Made by a program: the position numbers and the translations under genes. Under the pieces are notes generated by a model. That model saw only the letters and a program-made list of their open reading frames with translations. It made no database searches and was not told the DNA's origin. 64,000 bases of DNA from Myxococcales bacterium SG8_38. Lineage in GTDB: Bacteria; Myxococcota_A; Polyangia; Polyangiales; Houyiibacteriaceae. Location: positions 108-64,107 of the forward strand of contig LJTN01000018.1 in the NCBI GenBank assembly GCA_001303415.1, in the 5' to 3' direction. Shown here piece after piece: positions 17,898 through 27,270 of the stretch. Each line of letters begins with the position of its first letter. Position 1 is the stretch's first letter.

Positions 17898-18092
17898 TCA
17901 GTCGTCCGCGATGGATAGAGCCCGAACGGGGCAGACATCCACCGCATCTTGGGCGGCTTCCCGTAACTCCTCGGGTGGGTTGGGGTCGATGACCACCAGA
18001 GACCCGTCCGGAGCAAACTTGAACAGCTCGGGCGCGACGCCGACACACTGCCCGTGGCCAGCGCAACGCGCTTTGTCGTGAACGATTCGCAT
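17898..18092 (-). CDS. Single-cluster ferredoxin (probable 3Fe-4S, P450-associated type)
   Basis: CAGHGQC...APELF...CPVRAL (CxxHxxC..CP). Confidence 0.9.
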   Translation of the reverse strand: MRIVHDKARCAGHGQCVGVAPELFKFAPDGSLVVIDPNPPEELREAAQDAVDVCPVRALSIADD

Positions 18093-18226
18093 GCCGGCGA
18101 AAATGTAGACGAAACCACCTGCCGCGCCAGCAAATTCCGCTCGATGGAAACAAGCCAGAAACATGCGCCACATCCTCCGGAAACACCGCGGGTCTACTGT
18201 CCGGCGTACTAGCAGGAGGACCGGGG

Positions 18227-19459
18227 ATGGACGCGATCAATCAGGCCGATACGGCATGGCTCATGGTTTCGTGCGCGCTCGTGATGGTGATGACGCCGGG
18301 GTTGGCGTTCTTCTACGGGGGAATGGTCAACCAAAGGAATGTGCTGTCATCGTTCATGCACAGCTTCATCGCGCTGGGCATCATCACGCTGCAGTGGGTG
18401 GTCATCGGCTACTCCCTCGCCTTCGGATCCGATATCGGGGGCGGCCTGATCGGCGGCTTCGAGTTCGCGTTCTTGCGTGGGGTGGGCCTCGAGCCCCGTG
18501 ATGGTTCCACGATTCCACACATTCTCTTCATGGCATTCCAGATGATGTTCGCGATCATCACGCCGGCGCTGATCTCAGGTGCGATCGCCGAACGGATGAA
18601 GTTCACGGCGTACTTTCTGTTCATCGTCTTGTGGGCGACGCTCGTCTACGATCCGATTTGCCACTGGGTTTGGGGTCCCGATGGTTGGCTTGGAGCGCGC
18701 GGGGCGCTCGACTTCGCAGGTGGCACCGTCGTTCATCTCTCCTCGGGCACCGCTGCGCTGGTTTGTGCGATGGTCATTGGTCCCCGCGAACGCCGCGGGC
18801 CTCCCCACAATCTCACCCTCACCTTGCTCGGGGCCGGCATGCTCTGGTTCGGCTGGTTCGGCTTCAACGCGGGCAGTGCCCTGGCATCCAACGACAACGC
18901 GGCGCTCGCGTTGGTCAATACGCACGTCGCAGCGGCCGCGGCTGCGTTCTCGTGGGCCATTGCCGAGTGGATCAGGCAGCGCAAGCCCACCGCGCTCGGC
19001 GTGGCATCGGGTTTGGTGGCCGGTCTGGTTTGCATCACGCCGGCAGCCGGCTTCGTGAGCCCGACCTCGGCCGTGATCATGGGTCTACTGGCCGGCCCGA
19101 TTTGCTACGCCGCCGTCGTGATGAAGGGCAAGCTGGGTTACGATGATGCGCTCGATGCCTTTGGCATTCATGGCGTGGGCGGCGCGCTCGGGGCGATCCT
19201 GACCGGGGTCCTCGCGAGCGCGGCCTGGGGCGGAACGGACGGCTTGATCGGGGGCAACAGCGATCTCTTCGTCGAGAACCTGCTCGGCGTGCTGGCTGCC
19301 GCGGCCTACTCGATGCTCGTGACGTTCGCGATTCTCAAGGCTCTCGACGCCACCATTGGCCTTCGGGTGACCAGCGACCAAGAGCGGGACGGTCTGGACA
19401 CGAACCTCCATGGTGAGGAGGGGTATCACCTGGGGGGCGCCGGAGGGCTCACCGAGTAG
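18227..19459 (+). CDS. amtB: Ammonium transporter
   Basis: MTPGLAFFYGG, FQMMFAIITPAL, DFAGGTVVH, WFGWFGFNAGS, DDALDAFGIHG; AGGAGG RBS. Confidence 0.96.
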   Translation: MDAINQADTAWLMVSCALVMVMTPGLAFFYGGMVNQRNVLSSFMHSFIALGIITLQWVVIGYSLAFGSDIGGGLIGGFEFAFLRGVGLEPRDGSTIPHILFMAFQMMFAIITPALISGAIAERMKFTAYFLFIVLWATLVYDPICHWVWGPDGWLGARGALDFAGGTVVHLSSGTAALVCAMVIGPRERRGPPHNLTLTLLGAGMLWFGWFGFNAGSALASNDNAALALVNTHVAAAAAAFSWAIAEWIRQRKPTALGVASGLVAGLVCITPAAGFVSPTSAVIMGLLAGPICYAAVVMKGKLGYDDALDAFGIHGVGGALGAILTGVLASAAWGGTDGLIGGNSDLFVENLLGVLAAAAYSMLVTFAILKALDATIGLRVTSDQERDGLDTNLHGEEGYHLGGAGGLTE

Positions 19460-19529
19460 CTGGCGGCCCGTCGCGGAAAGGCGGCATCGAGGGATTGTCC
19501 TTCGCGCGCGTCCGTCGTAGTTGTTGGTC

Positions 19530-19946
19530 ATGGGCCTACGCCGATTCGTTTCGAGGATGCTGGGCAAAAAGGAACGTCGAGCGGCGTCGCTGCCCGAGGC
19601 CGAAGACCGCGACTACGCCCTCGCGGAGATCGCAGCGCTCGATGGATCCGATCCCGCAAAGCCACTGCTCATCGCCATCAAGGGATACGTCTATGACGTG
19701 ACGTGGGGCCGCGACTTCTACGGGCCGGGTGGGCCGTACGGCATGTTTGCCGGCAAGGACTGCACGCGTGCCTTGGCCAAGATGTCGTTCGATCCGGCGG
19801 ACTTCACCGGGAGCCTCGATGGCCTCGATCGAGACGAGTTGGACAGGCTCGAGGAGTGGATCGAGACGTTCGAAGGGAAGTATCGGCGGGTCGGTCGGCT
19901 CCTCGGGGCAGCAGGCGAGGCTGGATCCCCGCCAACGGCGCGTTGA
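19530..19946 (+). CDS. Cytochrome b5-like heme/steroid-binding protein (MAPR/PGRMC-like)
   Basis: LLIAIKGYVYDVT.GRDFYGPGGPYGMFAGKDCTRALAKMS...W...F..KY..VGRL. Confidence 0.9.
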   Translation: MGLRRFVSRMLGKKERRAASLPEAEDRDYALAEIAALDGSDPAKPLLIAIKGYVYDVTWGRDFYGPGGPYGMFAGKDCTRALAKMSFDPADFTGSLDGLDRDELDRLEEWIETFEGKYRRVGRLLGAAGEAGSPPTAR

Positions 19947-19977
19947 CGGGCTTTCCATCGGGACGCAGCATTCCGCC

Positions 19978-21300
19978 GTGGACAACGAGAAGATCATCAA
20001 CGAAGTGATGGGCGGAGGATTACGCGCGCTGAACCGTCTGGCCGACTCGTCGCTAGTCGAGCGGTGGGGCTTGGAGGAGCGCACGCAGCAGCTCGTCTAC
20101 GAGGGCGCGAAGCGGATGGCCGAAACCGCCGCCAAGGCGGCCAGGCGGCTCGTGCGCAGAGACCGGGAAGCATCCCATCGTTTGCCCGCGAAGTTCGATC
20201 TGAGCTTGCGTGAGGAACAGCAGCTCATGCGAGATACGCTTCGGCGATTCGCAGACGAGGAGATGCTGCCCGCCGCTAGGCGCGCCGATGATGCCTCGGC
20301 GCCGCCAGACGGCTTCCTCGAAGCGTTCGAGGAGCTGGGCGCGATCGCGATGGCCGTTCCGGAGTCGCTCGGGGGCACGGCTGAGCGGATGTCGGCCGTG
20401 TCGCAGATGCTCGTGGCGGAAGACCTCGCCCGTGGTGACATGGGCCTTGCCTACGCGGCGCTGGCTCCTTCTTCGTTCGTCAGCGCGGTCGCCCACTGGG
20501 CAGATTCGGATCAGCATTCGAGGCTGATTCCAATCTTTGTCGACGGCGGGGGTGCACCTGCCACCATCGCGGTCATCGAGCCTCAGCCGCTATTCGACCC
20601 CTACGCCTTGCGCACGAAGGCAAAGAAGCGCTCGGGGGACTACGTTCTCAGTGGCGAGAAATCAATGGTGGCCTTGGCGAGTCGCGCCAAGTGGTTCTTG
20701 GTCGCCGCCGAGCTTCCCAAGGTCGGACCGCGTTTTTTCGTAGTGGAGCGCGACACCCCAGGCGTCGAAGTAGTGAGCCAGCCGACCATGGGCTTGCGCT
20801 CCGCCGCGCTCGGGCGCCTCAAGCTCGATGGCGTGCGTGTTCCTCGCGAGGCCCTTCTCGGCGGCGAAGCGGCTGCGGAAGAAGGCGGCGCTGTCTACGA
20901 CGACGCGGTGAATCGCGCACGCATCGCATGGGGCGCCATGGCGGTTGGAGCGGGGCAGGCGGTGCTCGATTACGTCATTCCCTACTGCAACGATCGAGTG
21001 GCTTTTGGGGAGCCGATTTCGCACCGGCAGTCCGTCGCGTTCATGATCGCAGACATCGCGATCGAGCTCGAATCGATGCGCATGCTGGTCTATCGGGCGG
21101 CCGGCCGCATCGACGCGGGGCTATCGTGTCGCCGCGAGGCGTACCTGGCTAGCACGCTTTGCTCGGAAAAGGCCGTGGAGATCGGGACCAACGGGGTGCA
21201 GCTTCTCGGAGGGGCCGGCTTCATCAAGGATCATCCGATGGAGATTTGGTACCGCCACCTATGCGCCATCGGCGTCATGGACGGCAATCTGCTCGTCTGA
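19978..21300 (+). CDS. Acyl-CoA dehydrogenase family protein (partner subunit type)
   Basis: AEDLARGDMGLA, LSGEK, R.AFGEPISHRQSVAF, GVQLLGGAGFIKDHP. Confidence 0.9.
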   Translation: MDNEKIINEVMGGGLRALNRLADSSLVERWGLEERTQQLVYEGAKRMAETAAKAARRLVRRDREASHRLPAKFDLSLREEQQLMRDTLRRFADEEMLPAARRADDASAPPDGFLEAFEELGAIAMAVPESLGGTAERMSAVSQMLVAEDLARGDMGLAYAALAPSSFVSAVAHWADSDQHSRLIPIFVDGGGAPATIAVIEPQPLFDPYALRTKAKKRSGDYVLSGEKSMVALASRAKWFLVAAELPKVGPRFFVVERDTPGVEVVSQPTMGLRSAALGRLKLDGVRVPREALLGGEAAAEEGGAVYDDAVNRARIAWGAMAVGAGQAVLDYVIPYCNDRVAFGEPISHRQSVAFMIADIAIELESMRMLVYRAAGRIDAGLSCRREAYLASTLCSEKAVEIGTNGVQLLGGAGFIKDHPMEIWYRHLCAIGVMDGNLLV

Positions 21301-21313
21301 ATGGATTGAAACG

Positions 21314-22519
21314 ATGTATCTCGAAGTGCCCCAGAGCTTGAAGCTCATCGTCAACCAGGCCCATCAGGTCGCCAAGCACGTCTTCCGGCCGATCTCGCGG
21401 AAATACGACCGCGCAGAACACGCGTATCCGAAGGAGCTCGACCTGCTCGCCGCGCTGATGGACGGCCTCAGCGCTGGAGGTGGTCAACGGAGCGCGGGTG
21501 TCGATGCCGTGCAGCGTGAAGCGGGCGCAGGCGACGGCGTTCGCAACGGCGCCAACATGGCGACCTGCCTCGGCCTCACCGAGCTCTGCTGGGGCGATGT
21601 CGGTCTTGCGCTCTCCATCCCGCGTCAGGGGCTCGGCAACGCGGCGATCACTGCGGTGGCCAATCCCGAGCAAAAGAAGCGCTTCAAGGGGACCTGGGCG
21701 GCCATGGCGATCACCGAGCCCGGCGCCGGCTCCGATTCGGCCAACATCCGGACCACCGCTCGCCTCGAAGGTGATGAATGGGTGCTCAACGGCGAGAAGA
21801 TATACGTGACCGCCGGGAGCAGGGCCGACTCGGTCGTGGTGTGGGCGACGTTGGATCGCAATCTCGGGCGTGCGGCGATCAAGTCGTTCATCGTGCCGCA
21901 CGGCACACCCGGCATGGAGGTCGTACGGCTCGACAAGAAGATGGGCATTCGCGCATCGGACACTGCGAGCATCACGCTGACCGATTGCCGCATTCCAAAG
22001 GAAAACCTTCTCGGCACGCCCGAGATCGACACGAAGGCCGGCTTTGGCGGCGTGATGCAGACCTTCGACAATACACGCCCCATCGTGGCGGGGATGGCCG
22101 TGGGCGTGGCCCGCGCCGCGCTCGAGCAAGCCCGGGAGCTTCTGTCCGAGCAGGGCATCGAGGTGCGGTATCGCGGGTCTTTCTTCACCAAGAGCGCGGC
22201 CGAGGCGGAGCTGATCCGCATGGAAGCCGAGTGGGAAGCCGGCCGTCTTCTCATGCTCAAAGCCGCCTGGATGGCCGACAATGGCATTCCGAATTCCATG
22301 GAAGCCTCCATGTCGAAGGCCAAGGCCGCCCGCGTGGCCAATCGGATCACCCTACGATGTGTCGAGCTATGCGGCCCGCTTGGCTACTCGGAGCAAGAGC
22401 TGCTCGAGAAATGGGCGCGGGACTCCAAGATCCTCGACATCTTCGAGGGCACACAACAGATCCAATTGCTGATCATCGCTCGGCGTCTGCTGGGAAAGCG
22501 GTCGAGCGAGCTTCGCTGA
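21314..22519 (+). CDS. Acyl-CoA dehydrogenase
   Basis: MAITEPGAGSD, LNGEK, KMGIRASDT, ARDSKILDIFEGTQQIQ. Confidence 0.95.
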   Translation: MYLEVPQSLKLIVNQAHQVAKHVFRPISRKYDRAEHAYPKELDLLAALMDGLSAGGGQRSAGVDAVQREAGAGDGVRNGANMATCLGLTELCWGDVGLALSIPRQGLGNAAITAVANPEQKKRFKGTWAAMAITEPGAGSDSANIRTTARLEGDEWVLNGEKIYVTAGSRADSVVVWATLDRNLGRAAIKSFIVPHGTPGMEVVRLDKKMGIRASDTASITLTDCRIPKENLLGTPEIDTKAGFGGVMQTFDNTRPIVAGMAVGVARAALEQARELLSEQGIEVRYRGSFFTKSAAEAELIRMEAEWEAGRLLMLKAAWMADNGIPNSMEASMSKAKAARVANRITLRCVELCGPLGYSEQELLEKWARDSKILDIFEGTQQIQLLIIARRLLGKRSSELR

Positions 22520-22528
22520 GGACATCCG

Positions 22529-22951
22529 GTGGAAATCAACGGCATTGCACATACCTTCGTGACGGTTGCCGACTTCGACCGTTCACGCGAGTTCTATGGA
22601 CGGTTGCTCCCCTTTCTGGGCCTGCAAGCCGTGATGGACATTCCTGGCACCTATTATTGCGTAGGAGGACGCACCGGGTTCGCAATTCGCGAAGCTCCCC
22701 CGGAGCACCGGCACGAACGCTTCGATCAGAATCGCGTGGGTCTCCACCACATCTGCTTTCGAGCGCGATCGCGCGAGGACGTGGATCAGGCGTATGAATT
22801 CGTGAAGCAGCTCGGCACGCCCATCGTGCACGGTCCCGAAGAAGCATTCTGGGCGCCGGGATACTACTCGATCTTGTTCGAGGATCCGGACGGGATCCGC
22901 TTGGAGATCAACTTCGTCCCAGGCAAGGGCTTACTCGAGTCCCGAGCCTGA
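22529..22951 (+). CDS. VOC/glyoxalase family protein
   Basis: GIAH..VTV.DF..SREFY, GLHHICFRA, FEDPDGIRLE. Confidence 0.9.
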   Translation: MEINGIAHTFVTVADFDRSREFYGRLLPFLGLQAVMDIPGTYYCVGGRTGFAIREAPPEHRHERFDQNRVGLHHICFRARSREDVDQAYEFVKQLGTPIVHGPEEAFWAPGYYSILFEDPDGIRLEINFVPGKGLLESRA

Positions 22952-22989
22952 GCAGGCCGTCGACTCGGTCCCCGAAGAACGGGTCGCGA

Positions 22990-23495
22990 CGCAAGCACGG
23001 GCTCGGAAAAACACGACATGAGGTTCCACGGAACGGGGCGGCTTGCAAAGGTGACCCGATGCACTTGTGGGCGTGGGTCACGCAAGCCGCCCCTCGGGCG
23101 GCGCGCCAATCGGAGTTGGTTGCATGCATGCCGATTGGCACTTCGCACGTCCGCTCCACCTCATGTCGCGTTTTTCCGAGCCCTCCACACGTCGCCTTCT
23201 TCGGAGATCGAGGCGTGCGTCGGGGATTCAGGGATCGGCGATCGAGATCTGTGCGTTGCGGATCGGGTGTGCGGCCTATCTCGATCCGTCCTCCTACGTG
23301 GAAGTCGACGTATGCAGGGGCTTGGCGGAACGCGATGCGGGGATGGGGCGACGTAGCGAGTGACAATCGGCATGCATGCAACCAACTCCGATTGGGCGCG
23401 AGCTCCGTCCCCGTGTCGTGTTCCGTCAAGCCCCGGCATGCGCCCGCCCCGTTCCGTGGAACCTCATGTCGCGTTTTTCCGAGCCCGTGCTTGCG
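22990..23495. repeat. Intergenic nested inverted-repeat element (REP/MITE-like)
   Basis: 52-bp inverted pair 22990-23041/23444-23495 (1 mismatch); inner 37-bp inverted pair 23106-23142/23359-23395 (1 mismatch); 26-bp partial third copy at 23158-23183. Confidence 0.85.
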
Positions 23496-23707
23496 CCTAT
23501 CACTGCCCCTGCAGCCAGTACCGGCCGTCGGACGAGCTGACGCGGGGTCACTTCCCAACGGATATCGCGCAGAATTTCGATGCCGTCGCGGATGAAGGCC
23601 TCGACGTGAAGATCGACGATGGGGGCCACGCCCGAACCCTATCATCACCGGTTTCGACGCGTCGTTGTCTCTTGATGCCAGGGTCAATGTGCGCTCCAAT
23701 CGCCCTC

Positions 23708-25228
23708 ATGATTCACCGTTTGGCTTGGGCCATCGCAGCAGCGCTCCTCCTGACCGCCCATCAGGGCCTCGCGCAAGAACCAGACATTCATCTCGAAGGC
23801 ACCGTGCCGGAGGGTCCGGAGACCCACTTCTTCGTCGAGTTCGAGGTCCCGGAGCGAATCGTCGAGATCGAGGTCCGGCACGACAACCTGTCGCCGGGGA
23901 ACATTCTCGATTGGGGTCTCGACGATCCGAACGGCTTTCGCGGATGGGGTGGAGGGAACCACGAATCTGCCATCGTGGGCATCGACGCGGCATCGCGAAG
24001 CTACGTGCCGGGGCCCATTGTCGCGGGCACTTGGTCCGTGGTCGTGGGCAAGGCGCAGATCGAAGAGACGCCGGCCCGATACGAGATCGACATCTTCCTG
24101 CGAACGGTAGCCACGCTCGAGCCTCAGCCGCGGGCGCCCTACGAAGACCCGGGGGTGCTCGACGAGGAGGAGCGCTGGTACGCGGGTGACTTCCACGTCC
24201 ACACCGAAGAGAGCGGAGACGCAACGCCCACCATCGCCGAAGCGCTTTCGTTCGCGCAGGGCGTGGGGCTCGATTTCGTGATGCTCTCCGAGCACAACAC
24301 CAACAGCGGGCTCACGCTCTATGCGGACGCACAGCCCGACTTCCCGAATCTGTTGATCGTGCCCGGCGTCGAGTGGACGACGTACGCCGGGCATGCCAAC
24401 GCGCTCGGCGCAACCGACTGGGTCGACCACAAGATCGGGGTGGGAGGACTGACGGCCGCAGATGCCATCCAGGCCTACAAAGACCAGGGGGCTCTGTTCT
24501 CGATCAACCACCCGCGGTCTCCTGGCGCGCCGATCTGCATCGGTTGCCGTTGGGAGATCGCAGTCGATCCCACCACCATCGATGGCGTCGAGGTGCAAAG
24601 CGGCATCTTACGGGCGGTCCCCTACTGGGACGACCTGTGCGCGCAAGGGTCTCATGCCGCGGCGTTGGGAGGCAGCGACGACCACCGGGCAGGGCAGGGC
24701 ACCTCCCTCACCGATAGCCCGATCGGAACACCCACCACCATGGTGTTTGCGAGCGAGCTCAGCGTCCATGCCATCCTCGAAGGTGTTCGCAGCGGCCGGA
24801 CGGTCGTGAAGGTCAACGGCCCCGAAAGCGCGATGATCGAGACAGAGCTTACCGGAGAGCGCGTCGAGGATACCGTGTTTGCCGATACGGCGACGTTATC
24901 CGCCGTGGTCACCAACGGGGACGGCAAAGACTTGCAGTTGATCAGGAACGGCGAGGTCATCGAGACGCTTGCCATCGACAGTGACCCATTCACGCACGAG
25001 CGGAGCGTACAGGCACCCGAAGAGGGCGAGGACCGCTACCGGTACCAAGTGACGATCGAGGGCTTGCCGGATACCGTTGGCAGCTATGTCTGGCTGCGCA
25101 CCCCGGAGCCATCCGACAGCAGCGGTTGCAGCTGCCGGGTCCGCAGTGACTCCGATTCGGACATGGCATTCGCATTCGGAGCGTTGCTGCTCGGCGTTTG
25201 TGTGTGGCGCCGTCGGCGGCAGGCTTGA
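23708..25228 (+). CDS. Secreted PHP-family (CehA/McbA-like) metallohydrolase with MYXO-CTERM anchor
   Basis: Signal peptide; GDFHVHTEESGD, SEHN, GHAN, INHP, GGSDDH; C-terminal SGCSCRV...TM...RRRR. Confidence 0.88.
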   Translation: MIHRLAWAIAAALLLTAHQGLAQEPDIHLEGTVPEGPETHFFVEFEVPERIVEIEVRHDNLSPGNILDWGLDDPNGFRGWGGGNHESAIVGIDAASRSYVPGPIVAGTWSVVVGKAQIEETPARYEIDIFLRTVATLEPQPRAPYEDPGVLDEEERWYAGDFHVHTEESGDATPTIAEALSFAQGVGLDFVMLSEHNTNSGLTLYADAQPDFPNLLIVPGVEWTTYAGHANALGATDWVDHKIGVGGLTAADAIQAYKDQGALFSINHPRSPGAPICIGCRWEIAVDPTTIDGVEVQSGILRAVPYWDDLCAQGSHAAALGGSDDHRAGQGTSLTDSPIGTPTTMVFASELSVHAILEGVRSGRTVVKVNGPESAMIETELTGERVEDTVFADTATLSAVVTNGDGKDLQLIRNGEVIETLAIDSDPFTHERSVQAPEEGEDRYRYQVTIEGLPDTVGSYVWLRTPEPSDSSGCSCRVRSDSDSDMAFAFGALLLGVCVWRRRRQA

Positions 25229-25231
25229 GAT

Positions 25232-25867
25232 TCAGCGGGTTCGCTCGCGGCGCCGCAGCACGTGACGAAGCCGCGATCGCTCGTCCCGCTCGCGTTCTTC
25301 GAGCATTCGTTTGAGCGAGGTGAGCTCGGCGCTGAGCGCGGGCTCCACACGAAGCTGTAGGGTGTTCACTTGGCGTGTGGCCTTGCTGAGGGCATCGCCC
25401 AAACGCCGCACCAGCTGCTCTTTGGGAAGCGACTCGATGACCAGCTCGATCAGCCGTTCGAACTCGGTGGCGGTCTGCGCGGCCGCCGGCCCCACCGCAG
25501 CGGCTGCCGTTTCGCGTGTGCTGAGCGTGCGCTGGACGGCGGTGTGCGAGACCACGGATGGGACCGGGATACCCCAGACCTGCCGGTGCTCGATCTCGAC
25601 CTCGATGTCCCGGCCCGGCCACGCGTAGGTCCGCAGCGCCGACTCCCCCGACACGGCCAGCGCCCGAAGCAGTGATTCGTAGGCACCCTTCGCGCGATCT
25701 TCCACCCGTTGCCTTGCATCGAGGGCGGGCCGGGCGCTGCGAAAAAGCTCCGTGATGAGCGCCTCGCGTTTCCGGTTGAGGAGCTCGCGACCCTTCTTCA
25801 CGCGCTGAAGCTGGGCGCTCGCTCGAACGAGACCGGAGCGGGTCGGCGGTACGGACCGAGCGCTCAC
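25232..25867 (-). CDS. atpD: V/A-type ATP synthase subunit D
   Basis: PPTRSGL...GRELLNRKREAL...RQVNTL...LEERERDE..RL. Confidence 0.92.
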   Translation of the reverse strand: MSARSVPPTRSGLVRASAQLQRVKKGRELLNRKREALITELFRSARPALDARQRVEDRAKGAYESLLRALAVSGESALRTYAWPGRDIEVEIEHRQVWGIPVPSVVSHTAVQRTLSTRETAAAAVGPAAAQTATEFERLIELVIESLPKEQLVRRLGDALSKATRQVNTLQLRVEPALSAELTSLKRMLEERERDERSRLRHVLRRRERTR

Positions 25868-27270
25868 GAGCCTTCCTTCCCCGACGCGCTCCGGCGGCGC
25901 GCTTCCCAGCTCTCATCCGAGATGCGGGTCAGCTCGTCACGGGGCAGGGTCTCGAGGAGGGACCAGCCGATGCGGATCGTGTCCTCGAGCCCGCGGCGGG
26001 AGCGGCCCTGATGAATGAAGCTCTTCTCGAATTCATCGATGAAGTCGAGCGCACGTCGGTCGCCCGGCGTCAAGCCTTCCCTGCCTACGATGGCGGCCAT
26101 CAGCTTGGCTTCGCGGCCGCGCGCGTAAATTGCATAAAGCTGGTCCGCCCATTCGCGGTGCTCCCCGACCGTGTGATCCTCGCCGATTCCGGCGTTCATG
26201 AGACGTGAGAGCGAGGGGAGCACGTCGACCGGTGGATAGATGGCGCGTTGATGAAGCTCGCGGCTCAAGACGATCTGGCCTTCGGTGATGTACCCGGTCA
26301 GATCGGGGATGGGATGGGTGATGTCGTCGTCGGGCAACGTGACCACGGGAAGCTGTGTCACCGACCCTGGGCTGTCCTTCAGCACACCGGCGCGCTCGAA
26401 CAACCCGGCAAGGTCCGTATACATGTACCCTGGATATCCGCGACGTCCGGGGATTTCCTCGCGCGCGGCCGCAACCTCGCGCAACGCTTCAGCGTAGTGG
26501 GTGATGTCCGCCATGACGACCAGCACGTGCACGCCATGCGTGAAGGCCAGATGCTCCGCCGTCGTGAGCGCGACGCGCGGCGTCAGCAGACGCTCGATGG
26601 TGGGATCTGCCGCTTGATTCAAGAACAGCACCGTCCGTTCCATCACCTCGCTTTCGCGAAAGCGCGACACGAACGATTGGGTCTCACGCTCGGTGATTCC
26701 AATCGCTGCGAAAACGACCGCGAAAGGCTCCCCACGCGTGGGCCTCGCGTTCTCCACGATGTCGGCCGCGAGCTCCACACCGGGGAGCCCCGGCCCCGAG
26801 AACACGGGCAGCTTTTGGCCGCGCACGACGGTGTTCATGCCATCGATTGCCGAGACTCCGGTTTCAATGAAATCCGATGGGTGATGCCGGCGGACGGGGT
26901 TGATCGGCGCGCCCCAGATCGGGAGCCGGGCTTCGCCGATGGGGGGCGGCAGGCCGTCGAGCGGAGCACCCGTGCCGCTGAGCGCACGGCCAAGGAGGTC
27001 TCTACCGGCGATTGTGGTCGCGGTCTCTCCGGTCAATGTGATCTTCGACGTCGCGGGCTTGAGGCCGAGCGTGTCCTCGAAGATCTGAATCACCGTGACC
27101 TCGGTTCCCACGTCGATCACCTGTCCTCGCCGGTCCTCCTGTCCCTCGGTCTCGATGTAGACCCATTCTCCGAGCTTTGCCCGCTTGGTCGAATGCACGA
27201 AAATCAGGGGGCCTGCGGCCGAGGCGGCTCCCGCATACGTTCGCGCGATCGGCACGTCGATCCTCGTCAT
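25864..27270 (-). CDS. atpB: V/A-type ATP synthase subunit B
   Basis: TGVSAIDGMNTVVRGQKLPVFSG, PGRRGYPGYMYTDL, THPIPDLTGYITEGQ. Confidence 0.97.
   Translation of the reverse strand: MTRIDVPIARTYAGAASAAGPLIFVHSTKRAKLGEWVYIETEGQEDRRGQVIDVGTEVTVIQIFEDTLGLKPATSKITLTGETATTIAGRDLLGRALSGTGAPLDGLPPPIGEARLPIWGAPINPVRRHHPSDFIETGVSAIDGMNTVVRGQKLPVFSGPGLPGVELAADIVENARPTRGEPFAVVFAAIGITERETQSFVSRFRESEVMERTVLFLNQAADPTIERLLTPRVALTTAEHLAFTHGVHVLVVMADITHYAEALREVAAAREEIPGRRGYPGYMYTDLAGLFERAGVLKDSPGSVTQLPVVTLPDDDITHPIPDLTGYITEGQIVLSRELHQRAIYPPVDVLPSLSRLMNAGIGEDHTVGEHREWADQLYAIYARGREAKLMAAIVGREGLTPGDRRALDFIDEFEKSFIHQGRSRRGLEDTIRIGWSLLETLPRDELTRISDESWEARRRSASGKEGS

Noticed and set aside
18227-19459. amtB without an adjacent glnK
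   Set aside because: Unlinked amt paralogues are common; not informative without the whole genome.
22960-23700. CRISPR array or protein-coding ORFs in the repeat region
   Set aside because: The repeats are inverted and irregularly spaced, with no cas genes; the ORFs there merely translate the repeats.
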